A stretch of 64,000 bases of DNA from contig CAWGHO010000003.1 in the NCBI GenBank assembly GCA_963822445.1, forward strand, positions 1,568,001-1,632,000. The letters are read 5' to 3'. The notes under the pieces are model-generated. The model was not told where the DNA came from, made no database searches, and worked only from the letters and a program-made list of their open reading frames with translations. Positions 30,209 through 39,093 of this stretch are shown piece after piece (within the stretch, counting starts at the first letter, position 1; the number at the start of each line of letters is the position of its first letter). Position numbers and translations under genes: made by a program. Source of the DNA: an uncultured Acidobacteriota bacterium. Its GTDB lineage: Bacteria; Acidobacteriota; Thermoanaerobaculia; Gp7-AA8.

Positions 30209-30741
30209 GTGCCGATCCGAACACCGCCGCGATCCTGGTACGCGCCTCGCGCGACGGCGACCGCTCCGCGTTCGGACGGCTTTACGCGCTGTACAACCGC
30301 ATGGTTCACGCGATCGCCATCGCCCGCGTCGGACCGAATGACGCAGACGACATCGTCCAGGACGTTTTCCTCACGGCCATGAAACAACTCCACTCACTCC
30401 GCGACGAATCGGCCTTCGGCGGCTGGCTCGCGACGATCGCCCGCAACCGCGCGAACGGACACCATCGCGCCGCGGTCGAGGTCGAGGAGTTGCCGGAGGA
30501 GCTCGCGCATGCCGCGACGCAGGAAGAGGAGCGCGAGGCCAGGGCCGTGCTGCTGACGATTCGCGCTTTGCCCGAGGCGTATCGGGAGACGTTGATGATG
30601 CGTCTGGTCGAGGGGATGACCGGCCCGGAGATCGCCGAGCGCACGGGTCTGACGCCCGGATCGGTCCGCGTGAATCTGCACCGAGGGATGGAGTTGCTGC
30701 GGCAGGCGCTGCAGGAAAAACCGGAAAGGGGGCGCGCGTGA
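30205..30741 (+). CDS. ECF sigma-70 factor
   Basis: GD..AF..LY, ADDIVQDVF, GWL..IARN, LPE.YRE, EIAE..G...GSVRVNLHR; TTG start overlapping upstream stop. Confidence 0.93.
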   Translation: MSADPNTAAILVRASRDGDRSAFGRLYALYNRMVHAIAIARVGPNDADDIVQDVFLTAMKQLHSLRDESAFGGWLATIARNRANGHHRAAVEVEELPEELAHAATQEEEREARAVLLTIRALPEAYRETLMMRLVEGMTGPEIAERTGLTPGSVRVNLHRGMELLRQALQEKPERGRA

Positions 30742-31709
30742 ACGACGACTACCTGTGGGATCGCTCCGGCACGCCCGACCCCGAGATCGAGCATCTCGAG
30801 AAGCTTCTCGGCCGCTACAAACATGAGGCGCCGCTGCGCATCGTGCCGTTCCATCGACGCAAATCGACCTGGCTCGCAGCAGCGGCCATGCTGGCTCTGG
30901 TCACCGTTGGCGCATACGTGTTCCGCATGCATTGGCCGGCGGGACGTCCCTGGGAGATCGAGACCGTCGACGGCACGCCGACCGTCAACGGCGAGACCGT
31001 GAAACGTCACGACCGCCTCGGCATCGGCGACACGCTCGTCACCGACGCGAATTCCCGCGTGACCGTGCGCATCGCGCGGGTCGGGGAGCTGGAGATTCAG
31101 CCGGGGAGTGAGCTGGAGCTGATCGCAACTTCGCGCGGACGCCATCGCATCGATCTGCGCCGCGGCACGATCAACGCCCGGGTCTGGGCGCCGCCGTTCA
31201 CGTTCGGCGTCCGCACGCCGGCCGGCCTCGCGAGCGACATCGGCTGCGCGTTCACGCTCCGTTACGGCGACGAGGAAGGCCTGCTGCGAGTGACCTCGGG
31301 ATGGGTGGATTTCGACGGCGACACGCGCTCGTCGCTGGTCCCCGAGGGGGCGATGTCGGAGCTTCGGCGCGAGCTGGGGCCGGGCACGCCGTACTGGCAC
31401 GACGCGCCGCCTGCGCTGCGCGAGGCTCTGCGCTCGTTCGATCGCACGGCGTCAACCGTCGATCTGCATCGCGTCCTCGCCGCCGCCCGCCCGCGCGATG
31501 CCATGACCCTCCAGCACATGCTCGAGCGCGCCCGCAGCGAACATCGCGCGCCGCTCTTCGACCACCTCGCGAAAATCGCCCCGCCCCCGCCCGGCGTGAC
31601 CCGCGAAGGCATCCTCGACCGCGACCAGCGCATGCTGGGCCGCTGGCGCGAGAGCATGGGCCTCGGCGGCGTGAAGAAGTGGTGGGTGCACTGGCGGGAT
31701 GCGTTTTAG
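30738..31709 (+). CDS. FecR-like anti-sigma factor
   Basis: DDYLWD N-terminus, single TM, FecR-like F.V.TP.G...D.G..F region; GTGA coupled to sigma gene. Confidence 0.8.
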   Translation: MNDDYLWDRSGTPDPEIEHLEKLLGRYKHEAPLRIVPFHRRKSTWLAAAAMLALVTVGAYVFRMHWPAGRPWEIETVDGTPTVNGETVKRHDRLGIGDTLVTDANSRVTVRIARVGELEIQPGSELELIATSRGRHRIDLRRGTINARVWAPPFTFGVRTPAGLASDIGCAFTLRYGDEEGLLRVTSGWVDFDGDTRSSLVPEGAMSELRRELGPGTPYWHDAPPALREALRSFDRTASTVDLHRVLAAARPRDAMTLQHMLERARSEHRAPLFDHLAKIAPPPPGVTREGILDRDQRMLGRWRESMGLGGVKKWWVHWRDAF

Positions 31710-32059
31710 GCCACGTCGAGAAAATCGGGTAGCACGATCAGGTTTCGGTTTCTGAAAGGCGCGGGGCCGTGTGACTTCGCGTACGCAAACGAACGCGGCA
31801 TGCTTTCCAGCCCTGGATCAAGAACGATCGGTTCCTGATGCGCGCCAACAGTGGAGGTCCATGAAGGCGGACGGCTTCCGGCGCGAGCCGCCAGCAGTTC
31901 GGCGACGGCGGCCCCCACCACAAGGGCGCGGTCGTCCACGTCCGCGAGCCAACCCACCGCCTCCCAATCGATTCCCTCGCGTCGAGCATCGGCAACCCAC
32001 TGACGCGCGCGGAGCAGCTCGCCCGCCAGGATGGCCTCGACCAGATCACGAAGTTCCAT
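31706..32059 (-). CDS. Hypothetical protein, probable partner (antitoxin-like) of DUF6036 nucleotidyltransferase
   Basis: AELLA...P.W.....P..FRNRNL pattern; ATG 32059 overlaps upstream TGA (alternative start 32074). Confidence 0.55.
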   Translation of the reverse strand: MELRDLVEAILAGELLRARQWVADARREGIDWEAVGWLADVDDRALVVGAAVAELLAARAGSRPPSWTSTVGAHQEPIVLDPGLESMPRSFAYAKSHGPAPFRNRNLIVLPDFLDVA

Positions 32060-32571
32060 CAAGTGGACTCCCATAAATCGTCAAAGGCATACGAAGCCTT
32101 GTCCATTAGTTGGGGAGGAACAAATCGCGTCGCTTGCGTCCAGATCTCGGCCTTTGTGCCCTCGAGGTTAGACAACCGGAGGCGAGCATTGCTCCGATCG
32201 ACAGCATCGCGCCACGCGCACAACTTCATGGCGAACAGCTGGATTGTCGTAACGGCGCGAACCGTCAAAGACGCTGAGTCGTATACGTGCGAGCCATTCG
32301 TCAGGCCGACGAAATAACCCTTCGCGCCATCGTTGAGCCAGTCCTCAGGCAAGTCCAGTCGAGACGCAACTTGGGCGGCCGCCTGACGCAGCACCGACGC
32401 TTCCGGGCGGACGAAGTACGCATCGACGTCCTTCGTTGTTTCGCGTGCTCCAAAAAGCAGCACGAGCGCCGCACCGCCAGCGATAACAATCTCAGCACGT
32501 TCACCGCGCCTCGAGAGTTCTTCCTCGAGACTCTCGAAAGCTCGCATGATGTCGGTGGCGGAAAGCGACAT
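32059..32571 (-). CDS. DUF6036/AbiEii-like nucleotidyltransferase
   Basis: IAGGAAL....R.T.DVD, L..DWLN, MKL.A.R..D NTase motifs. Confidence 0.8.
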   Translation of the reverse strand: MSLSATDIMRAFESLEEELSRRGERAEIVIAGGAALVLLFGARETTKDVDAYFVRPEASVLRQAAAQVASRLDLPEDWLNDGAKGYFVGLTNGSHVYDSASLTVRAVTTIQLFAMKLCAWRDAVDRSNARLRLSNLEGTKAEIWTQATRFVPPQLMDKASYAFDDLWEST

Positions 32572-32787
32572 CGTTACACCTTACCGGCAAAGCACGCAGC
32601 CCGTCGACCGGCGGCCGAGCCGCCGACAGCTAGCCGAGACTTACGGCGTCATGCCGTTTGTAGATCGCGCCCGTGGTCGACATCTCGCCTAGGCGAACGC
32701 GAGGTTCCCGGGAAGAGGTCGGGAACTTGCCGATTCAAGGCACTCCTATCAAAGGCGCCTTTATTGAAGAATTCGTGAGGAGCAGCG

Positions 32788-33231
32788 ATGGACCCATTGT
32801 TTTGCATTCTCCTGGTCACGTCAGCCGGTGCTGTCGGAGGAGTCGTGAACGCGCTCATCAGCGGAAACGGATTTGCTCTGCCACGCTGGCAGAGTGGTGT
32901 CTGGTGTCCGGGAGCGTTGGCCAATGTGTTCATCGGGGCGGTAGCCGCTTTGGCGTCCTGGGCGCTCTACGGCTCGGGCGCGAGCATCGATCTCGGGGAG
33001 TTGAATGCGCGGAATCGGATAAGCCTCGAGCTATCGGCAGTCGTTGGAGCTCTGCTCGTGGGAATGAGCGGCTCACGCTGGCTTACGAACGAGGTAGACA
33101 AGAAGCTGTTGAAAGAAAGTGTCAAGGTAGCGGGGATCAAGAATCTTTCGCCAAAGGAATGCGACGAGGCAGTCAGCGGCAACGCGCAGGAGGTTCTCGC
33201 GGCTGTAAAAGCGGCTCCAAGTCCCGCCTAG
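32788..33231 (+). CDS. Small 3-TM membrane protein, function unknown
   Basis: RBS gaggag; Gly-rich TM helices GAVGGVVN, IGAVAA, GALLVG. Confidence 0.75.
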   Translation: MDPLFCILLVTSAGAVGGVVNALISGNGFALPRWQSGVWCPGALANVFIGAVAALASWALYGSGASIDLGELNARNRISLELSAVVGALLVGMSGSRWLTNEVDKKLLKESVKVAGIKNLSPKECDEAVSGNAQEVLAAVKAAPSPA

Positions 33232-34172
33232 GTGTCGCGTCTCAAGACGTTGTTCAGAGTTAGCCGAGAGATTGGCGGCTGATCAGCGAGAGCGGAGTGC
33301 ATGCGGTGATGATTGTAGAAGTGAAGGTAAGGTTCGAGTAGTTGTTTGCGTTCGAGCGAGCTGCGAAAGGGATAGCGATACGCCCATTCGCGCAGCAGGG
33401 TCTGAACGAGACGCTCGGCTTTGCCGTTGGTTCGTGGCGTATAAGGCTTGGTGCGAAGGTGCCGAACGGCAGGGTCACGACAGGCTGCTGCGAAGACATG
33501 GGAGCGATAGCAGGTGCCATTGTCGGTGAGCACGCGCTGGACCTTGACGCCGAGTTGCTCGTACCACTTCACAGCTCGGCGAAAGAACGCGGCTGCGGTC
33601 TCTCCACGCTCGTCCGGAAGGATCTCGACGTAGGCGACACGCGAATGATCATCGACGCAGAGATGGACGAAGTCGTAGCCAAGACCACGCTTCTGACCGC
33701 GTCGACTGCCCGTGATTCGGTGACCGATGCCATCGATACGAGCCAGTTTCTTCGTATCCAGATGCAGCAGACCGCCGGCTTGTCCGTACTCGTAACGAAC
33801 CACCGGAGGAGGTGGACCATCCAACGATCGAAGTCGAGCCAGTCCTGCCGCCTTGACGATCCGGGCGATGGTCGCCCGGCTCGGACGGACATGACCTGCG
33901 ATTTTTCGGCAAGTCAGTCTCGCTCGACGGAGCTTGATGATCTTCCGTCGCGTGCCCACGCCGGTCCCGCGGGACCGGCGTGGCCGTGACGAACGGTCAA
34001 CCAGCCCCTTGAGCCCTTCCTGTCGGAACCGCGCCAGCCACTTCCATCCGGTACGCTCGCTCACCCCGACGGCGTGACTTGCTTCAGCCACGGTCCATCC
34101 GTCGCTGAGAACCCGATCGACCAGCAGGGCTCGACTCTGCGGCGTCAGTCGCGCATTCTTATGAATGTCCAC
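33228..34172 (-). CDS. IS481-family DDE transposase
   Basis: GTG start with ggagg RBS; HKNARLTP, HLDTKKL, VDDHSR, TDNG, PRTNGKAER, YN..R.H. Confidence 0.96.
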   Translation of the reverse strand: MDIHKNARLTPQSRALLVDRVLSDGWTVAEASHAVGVSERTGWKWLARFRQEGLKGLVDRSSRPRRSRGTGVGTRRKIIKLRRARLTCRKIAGHVRPSRATIARIVKAAGLARLRSLDGPPPPVVRYEYGQAGGLLHLDTKKLARIDGIGHRITGSRRGQKRGLGYDFVHLCVDDHSRVAYVEILPDERGETAAAFFRRAVKWYEQLGVKVQRVLTDNGTCYRSHVFAAACRDPAVRHLRTKPYTPRTNGKAERLVQTLLREWAYRYPFRSSLERKQLLEPYLHFYNHHRMHSALADQPPISRLTLNNVLRRDT

Positions 34173-34272
34173 CTGGGCCTCCTTCGATGTTCTGTTTGTT
34201 CGCACTCACAGATTCACCGAAGTCGCCCGGGTGGGCAACTCCTACCACTGAACAACGTGTTGAGACATCACA
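33233..34272 (-). mobile_element. IS481-family insertion sequence (1040 bp)
   Basis: TGT...ACA ends; imperfect TIRs tgtcgcgtctcaagacgttgttcag / rc tgtgatgtctcaacacgttgttcag (21/25); 6-bp direct repeat CCTAGG at 33227-33232 and 34273-34278. Confidence 0.95.
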
Positions 34273-34349
34273 CCTAGGCGAGGATTATCCGGCGGGCGAA
34301 GCCTCTGGTTTCAGGCGCATTCTGTAGTCACCCGTTCTAGAGTAGCGCG

Positions 34350-35201
34350 ATGAAGCCCTTGCCCGGCCTGCGCCATCGGATCCGTGACGGCGTCGCGGTG
34401 GTCCTGTCGGCGCTCCCGCATTTTCGAGGGAAGGGGCGGGTGACGATGGGCATCGATGCGCTGCTCACCGATTACGACGATCCCGACTCGTTCAACGCCG
34501 TGGGATGGCTCGGCAACGTGCGGCTGCACTCCGACCTGCGCGTGTTCGGCGACAAGTTCACCTTCTACTACCGCGAGTACGAGTCCGACTATCTCGCGAT
34601 CCTGCGAAAGCTCTACCAGCGCGGAAACTTTCTCGATGTGGGGAGCAACATCGGCATTTACATCGTCTGCATGGCCGATCTCGTGCGCGCCGCGGGCGGC
34701 CGGATTTACTCGATCGAGCCGCTCGCCGCGAATGTCGCCCGTCAGAAAACGAACATCGACTTGAACGGCGCCGCGGATGTCGTCGATCTGCTCGAGCTGG
34801 CCGTCGGCGAGACGAGCGGCACGGTGATGATGGGCGGCGACTTCACGACGAGCAGCATCAACGGCATCGTTTCGCCGGCCGGTACGGTGTCCGTTCCGCT
34901 GACGACACTGGATGAACTGATTGCGTCAGGGCGTCTGCGGGACATCACGCTCATCAAGATGGATATCGAAGGCTATGAGCCGGCCGTCCTGCGCGGAGCA
35001 CGTGCCTTTCTCGAACGCGATCGCCCCATCCTCTTTGCTGAATTCAATCGCTACCGGATGGCCCTGAACGGCTTCGACATGGCGGAGTCGTGGAACATGC
35101 TGAAGAACCTCGGTTACGCCGGCCACAGAGTCGTCGGCGGACAGCTCGTCGAGATCGACGATCCCGGCCAGCACGAGAATCTGTTCTTCCTGCCGCGTTA
35201 A
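34350..35201 (+). CDS. FkbM family methyltransferase
   Basis: FLDVGSNIG, IEP, TLD, IKMDIEGYE..VL.GA. Confidence 0.92.
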   Translation: MKPLPGLRHRIRDGVAVVLSALPHFRGKGRVTMGIDALLTDYDDPDSFNAVGWLGNVRLHSDLRVFGDKFTFYYREYESDYLAILRKLYQRGNFLDVGSNIGIYIVCMADLVRAAGGRIYSIEPLAANVARQKTNIDLNGAADVVDLLELAVGETSGTVMMGGDFTTSSINGIVSPAGTVSVPLTTLDELIASGRLRDITLIKMDIEGYEPAVLRGARAFLERDRPILFAEFNRYRMALNGFDMAESWNMLKNLGYAGHRVVGGQLVEIDDPGQHENLFFLPR

Positions 35202-35245
35202 CACTCCACGCGGGCCGCGCATCTTCACAACCAGGAGGCACACAG

Positions 35246-35797
35246 ATGAATCTCTTGGTGGTTCTGCTTGCGGCAACGCTGTATCAGGTCGAGCCGGTCA
35301 ACGGCACTGTCAGTTTCAGCCTGATGAAGTGGGGAGTGGTTCGCGAGGAAGGCTCGTTCCGCGATTTCAACGCCAGCATCCATTACGACTCGCGCGAGCC
35401 GGCGAAGTCGCGTGTCGAGTTCGAGGTGAAGGCGGACAGCGTCGATACGAAGAACGGCGCTCGCGACAGCACCCTGCGCTCCGCGGATTTCTTCCACGTC
35501 ACGAAGCATCCCAGGCTCACGTTCAAGAGCGTTCGCATCGTGCCGCGGACCAAAGACGTCGCCGATGTCACCGGCGACCTGACCATCAAGGGCGTCACCA
35601 AGCGCATCACCGTGCCCGTCCGCCTCCTCGGCGTGACCAGACATGGCGACGGCGGCGAAGTGGCCGGCTTCGAGACGGCCTTCAAGATCGATCGCCGCGC
35701 ATTCGGTGTCACCGGCGGCCGCTGGGTTGCCGCGTCACCGGGAGTGCTCGGAAATGAAGTCACGATTCGGGTGATCGCCGGCGGCGTGAAGCGCTGA
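35246..35797 (+). CDS. YceI family polyisoprenoid-binding protein
   Basis: SVDT.N..RD..LRS.DFF, GDLTIKGVTK, IDRR.FG; RBS aggagg. Confidence 0.93.
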   Translation: MNLLVVLLAATLYQVEPVNGTVSFSLMKWGVVREEGSFRDFNASIHYDSREPAKSRVEFEVKADSVDTKNGARDSTLRSADFFHVTKHPRLTFKSVRIVPRTKDVADVTGDLTIKGVTKRITVPVRLLGVTRHGDGGEVAGFETAFKIDRRAFGVTGGRWVAASPGVLGNEVTIRVIAGGVKR

Positions 35798-35826
35798 AAA
35801 CCGCGTGTGCTACTCTCCCGCGCCTG

Positions 35827-36339
35827 ATGATTCTGAGGGCGTTTGACGGGAAAAAGCCGCGCATCGGGCAGCGCGTATTCGTCGCGGAAAATGCGGCGCT
35901 GATCGGCGACGTCGAGATCGGAAACGACTGCTCGATCTGGTTCGGCACGACCGTCCGCGGCGACGTCAATCTGATCCGCATCGGCTCGCGCACGAACGTG
36001 CAGGACAACTGCACGATTCACGTGACCCATGAGAAGTGGCCGACGATCATCGCCGAGGAAGTGACCATCGGCCACGGCGCGATCGTGCATGGCTGCACCG
36101 TGCACCGCGGCGCGCTGATCGGCATGGGCTCGCGCGTGCTCGACGGCGCGGTCGTCGGCGAGTCCGCTCTCGTCGGAGCCGGTGCGCTCGTGCCCGAGGG
36201 GATGAAAGTGCCGCCGCGGACGCTCGTCGTCGGCGTGCCGGCCCGCGTCAAACGTTCGCTGACCGAAGACGAGCTGGCCAGGCTCGAGCAATCCTGGCGC
36301 AATTACGTTCAGTACAAGGAAAAGTATCTTTCGCAATGA
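35827..36339 (+). CDS. Gamma carbonic anhydrase family hexapeptide-repeat protein
   Basis: RGDVN.I.IG..TNVQD...IH, TIGH.A.VHGC. Confidence 0.93.
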   Translation: MILRAFDGKKPRIGQRVFVAENAALIGDVEIGNDCSIWFGTTVRGDVNLIRIGSRTNVQDNCTIHVTHEKWPTIIAEEVTIGHGAIVHGCTVHRGALIGMGSRVLDGAVVGESALVGAGALVPEGMKVPPRTLVVGVPARVKRSLTEDELARLEQSWRNYVQYKEKYLSQ

Positions 36340-38084
36340 ACCGCACTCACGCAGGAACACTCCGGAAAGACCACGTCGGACAGTCCATCACCCTCGCAGG
36401 CTGGGTGCAGAAGCAGCGCGATTTCGGAGAGCTGATCTTCATCGATCTCCGCGACCGCAGCGGCATCTGCCAGGTGGTGATCGACCGCGAGCGCGGCGCG
36501 TCCGCGGACGTCATCGCCATTGCGAAGGACGTGCGATCCGAGTTCGTGCTGCGCATCGAAGGAGAAGTCGTCGAGCGCAGCGAAGGGCAGAAGAACGCGA
36601 AGTTGCCGAGCGGCGACATCGAAGTGGTGGCGAAGTCGATCGAGATTCTCAATCGCGCGGAAACGCCGCCGTTTCAGATCGAGGAAGACTCCGACGCCGC
36701 CGATGAGCTTCGGCTGCAGTATCGCTATCTCGATCTGCGCCGCCCGCCGCTGACACGCAACCTCGTGCTGCGCCACAAGATGCTCAACGGCGTCCGCAAT
36801 TACTTCGACCGCAACGGCTTCATCGAAGTGGAGACGCCGATCCTCACCAAGTCCACGCCCGAAGGCGCGCGCGATTACCTCGTGCCCAGCCGCGTACACA
36901 AAGGGCAGTTCTACGCGCTGCCGCAGTCGCCGCAGATCTTCAAGCAGCTCTGCATGGTCGCTGGGCTGGAGCGCTACTTCCAGATCGCGCGCTGCTTCCG
37001 CGACGAAGACCTGCGGCGCGATCGCCAGCCTGAGTTCACCCAGATCGACGTCGAGGCCTCATTCATCGACGAGGAGTTCATCTACGCGACGATCGAAGGG
37101 TTGTTCGCGGAGATTTTTCCGCTGGCGAACATCCCCGTGAAGACGCCGTTCCCGCGCATGACCTGGCAGGACGCCATGGACCGCTACGGCATCGACAAGC
37201 CGGACACGCGCATCGGCATGGAGCTGAGCGACATCACCGCGATCGCGCACTCGTTGGCCTTCGAGCCGTTCAAAGCGGCGCAGACCGTTCGCGCGATCGT
37301 CGTTCCCGGCGGCGCGGCGTTTTCGCGCAAGCGCATCGATGATCTGACCGAGGAAGCGAAAAAGTTAAAGGCTACCGGTCTGGTGTGGATCAAGTTCAAC
37401 GCCGAGCGGGGCTCGTCGATCAAGAAGTTCCTCGATGACGCGACACACGACACCCTCCGCGAGGCGCTCGGTGCGCGTGAAGGGGACATGGCCCTGCTCG
37501 TGGCCGGCAAGAACGTGGTCGTCTGGGACGTGCTGGCGAATCTGCGGCTGAAAGTTGCCAAGGAAGAGAAGCTGATTCCGGACGAGACGTGGAACTTTCT
37601 CTGGGTCACCGACTTTCCGCTCTTCGAGTGGGACGACGAGACCCAGCGCTTCTACGCGCGGCATCATCCGTTCACGTCGCCAGCTCTCGGGCATCTCGAT
37701 GTCGTCGAAAGCGATCCCGGCTCGGCGCTGGCCCGCGCGTACGACCTCGTGCTCAACGGTATCGAGCTGGGCGGCGGATCGATCCGCATCAATCAGCCCG
37801 AGGTCCAGCAGCGCATGTTCCGGGCCCTGGGCATCAGCGACGAGGACGCGCAATCGCGCTTCGGCTTCCTCATCGACGCCTTCCGCTACGGCGCGCCGCC
37901 GCACGGCGGAATCGCGTTCGGCGTCGACCGCATCGCCATGATGATGTGCCGTGCCGAATCGCTGCGCGACGTGATCGCGTTCCCGAAAACCGCGCGCGCG
38001 CAGGATCTGATGTGCGCGGCCCCGAGTGAAGTCGATACGCAACAGCTCAATGAGCTCGGAATCGCCATTTCTCCTCGTTCTTGA
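36336..38084 (+). CDS. aspS: Aspartate--tRNA ligase
   Basis: FIDLRDRSG, STPEGARDYLVPSR, LPQSPQ, FRDEDLR.DRQPEFTQ, PPHGG...G.DR. Confidence 0.98.
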   Translation: MNRTHAGTLRKDHVGQSITLAGWVQKQRDFGELIFIDLRDRSGICQVVIDRERGASADVIAIAKDVRSEFVLRIEGEVVERSEGQKNAKLPSGDIEVVAKSIEILNRAETPPFQIEEDSDAADELRLQYRYLDLRRPPLTRNLVLRHKMLNGVRNYFDRNGFIEVETPILTKSTPEGARDYLVPSRVHKGQFYALPQSPQIFKQLCMVAGLERYFQIARCFRDEDLRRDRQPEFTQIDVEASFIDEEFIYATIEGLFAEIFPLANIPVKTPFPRMTWQDAMDRYGIDKPDTRIGMELSDITAIAHSLAFEPFKAAQTVRAIVVPGGAAFSRKRIDDLTEEAKKLKATGLVWIKFNAERGSSIKKFLDDATHDTLREALGAREGDMALLVAGKNVVVWDVLANLRLKVAKEEKLIPDETWNFLWVTDFPLFEWDDETQRFYARHHPFTSPALGHLDVVESDPGSALARAYDLVLNGIELGGGSIRINQPEVQQRMFRALGISDEDAQSRFGFLIDAFRYGAPPHGGIAFGVDRIAMMMCRAESLRDVIAFPKTARAQDLMCAAPSEVDTQQLNELGIAISPRS

Positions 38085-39084
38085 CGCGCCGGTCTTCGTC
38101 GGCCGCGGCCTGATCGGCCGCGTCGGCGAGCTCGTTCGCGCGAAGGGGCGCGTCTTCGTCATCACCTCGCCTGCATTGCGGGAGCGCTTCGGCGATCGCG
38201 TTGCGGCGTCCTTTGCAAGTGCTGACGTGATCACTATCGAAGAAGGGGAGTCGCGCAAGACCCTCGAGACGGCGAACGAGGTCATCACTCAGCTGCTCGA
38301 GCGCGGCGCGAAGCGCGATTCGATGGTTGTCGTCGTCGGCGGCGGAATGATTGGAGACACCGCGGGATTCGCGGCGTCGATCTTCCTTCGCGGGATCGAT
38401 CTCGTGCACGTGCCGACGACGTTGCTCGCGCAGGTCGACAGCTCGATCGGCGGGAAGCTGGCCGTCAATCATCCCAAGGGGAAGAACCTCATCGGCAGTT
38501 TCTATCCGCCGCGGGCCATCGTCTCGGACACGTCGATTCTCGACACACTTCCGCCGCGCGAGCTGCTGAGCGGAATGTACGAGGCGCTCAAGGGCGGAGT
38601 CATCGGCGATCCGTCGCTCTTCGAGATGTTCGAGCGGCGCGAGAACGATCTCGACGAGATCGTGCGCAAGGCGATCCGGGTGAAGGCGGAGATCGTGTCC
38701 GCCGACGAGAAGGAAGCCGATCTGCGCCGCCTTCTCAACTACGGCCACACCATCGCTCACGGCATCGAGGCCGCGCTGCATTACGAGGGGATGACCCACG
38801 GCGAGGCCGTGGCCTGGGGGATGATCGGTGCGAATGCGATCGCCGTCCGGCGTGGCCTGCTGGCGAAGGATGAAGCGGCGCGAATCGACCAGGTGATCCT
38901 CGATTACAACCCTTCGCCGCTGCCGAAACTCGATCGCGCCGTGGTGCTTGCGGCGACGGAGCACGACAAGAAGAACACCGGCACGGCGCGCGCAATGGTT
39001 TTCCCCCGTCGCCTGGGCGAATGCGTGGTGGTCAACGACGTTACTGTCGATGAGATCGCCTACGGAATCGACTCGGTGCTCTAG
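38050..39084 (+). CDS. aroB: 3-dehydroquinate synthase
   Basis: GGGMIGD, PTTLLAQVDSSIGGK, LNYGHT..H, HGEAV, HDKK. Confidence 0.96.
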   Translation: MSSESPFLLVLDAPVFVGRGLIGRVGELVRAKGRVFVITSPALRERFGDRVAASFASADVITIEEGESRKTLETANEVITQLLERGAKRDSMVVVVGGGMIGDTAGFAASIFLRGIDLVHVPTTLLAQVDSSIGGKLAVNHPKGKNLIGSFYPPRAIVSDTSILDTLPPRELLSGMYEALKGGVIGDPSLFEMFERRENDLDEIVRKAIRVKAEIVSADEKEADLRRLLNYGHTIAHGIEAALHYEGMTHGEAVAWGMIGANAIAVRRGLLAKDEAARIDQVILDYNPSPLPKLDRAVVLAATEHDKKNTGTARAMVFPRRLGECVVVNDVTVDEIAYGIDSVL

Positions 39085-39093
39085 GGAGGTTCC

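Noticed and set aside
31706-34278. Prophage, integron or integrative element
   Set aside because: No integrase, phage genes, tRNA anchor or convincing attC sites; only an IS and small cargo genes.
36336-38084. Calling AspRS discriminating or non-discriminating
   Set aside because: The diagnostic position reads RDFG (neither H nor L); cannot be decided by eye.
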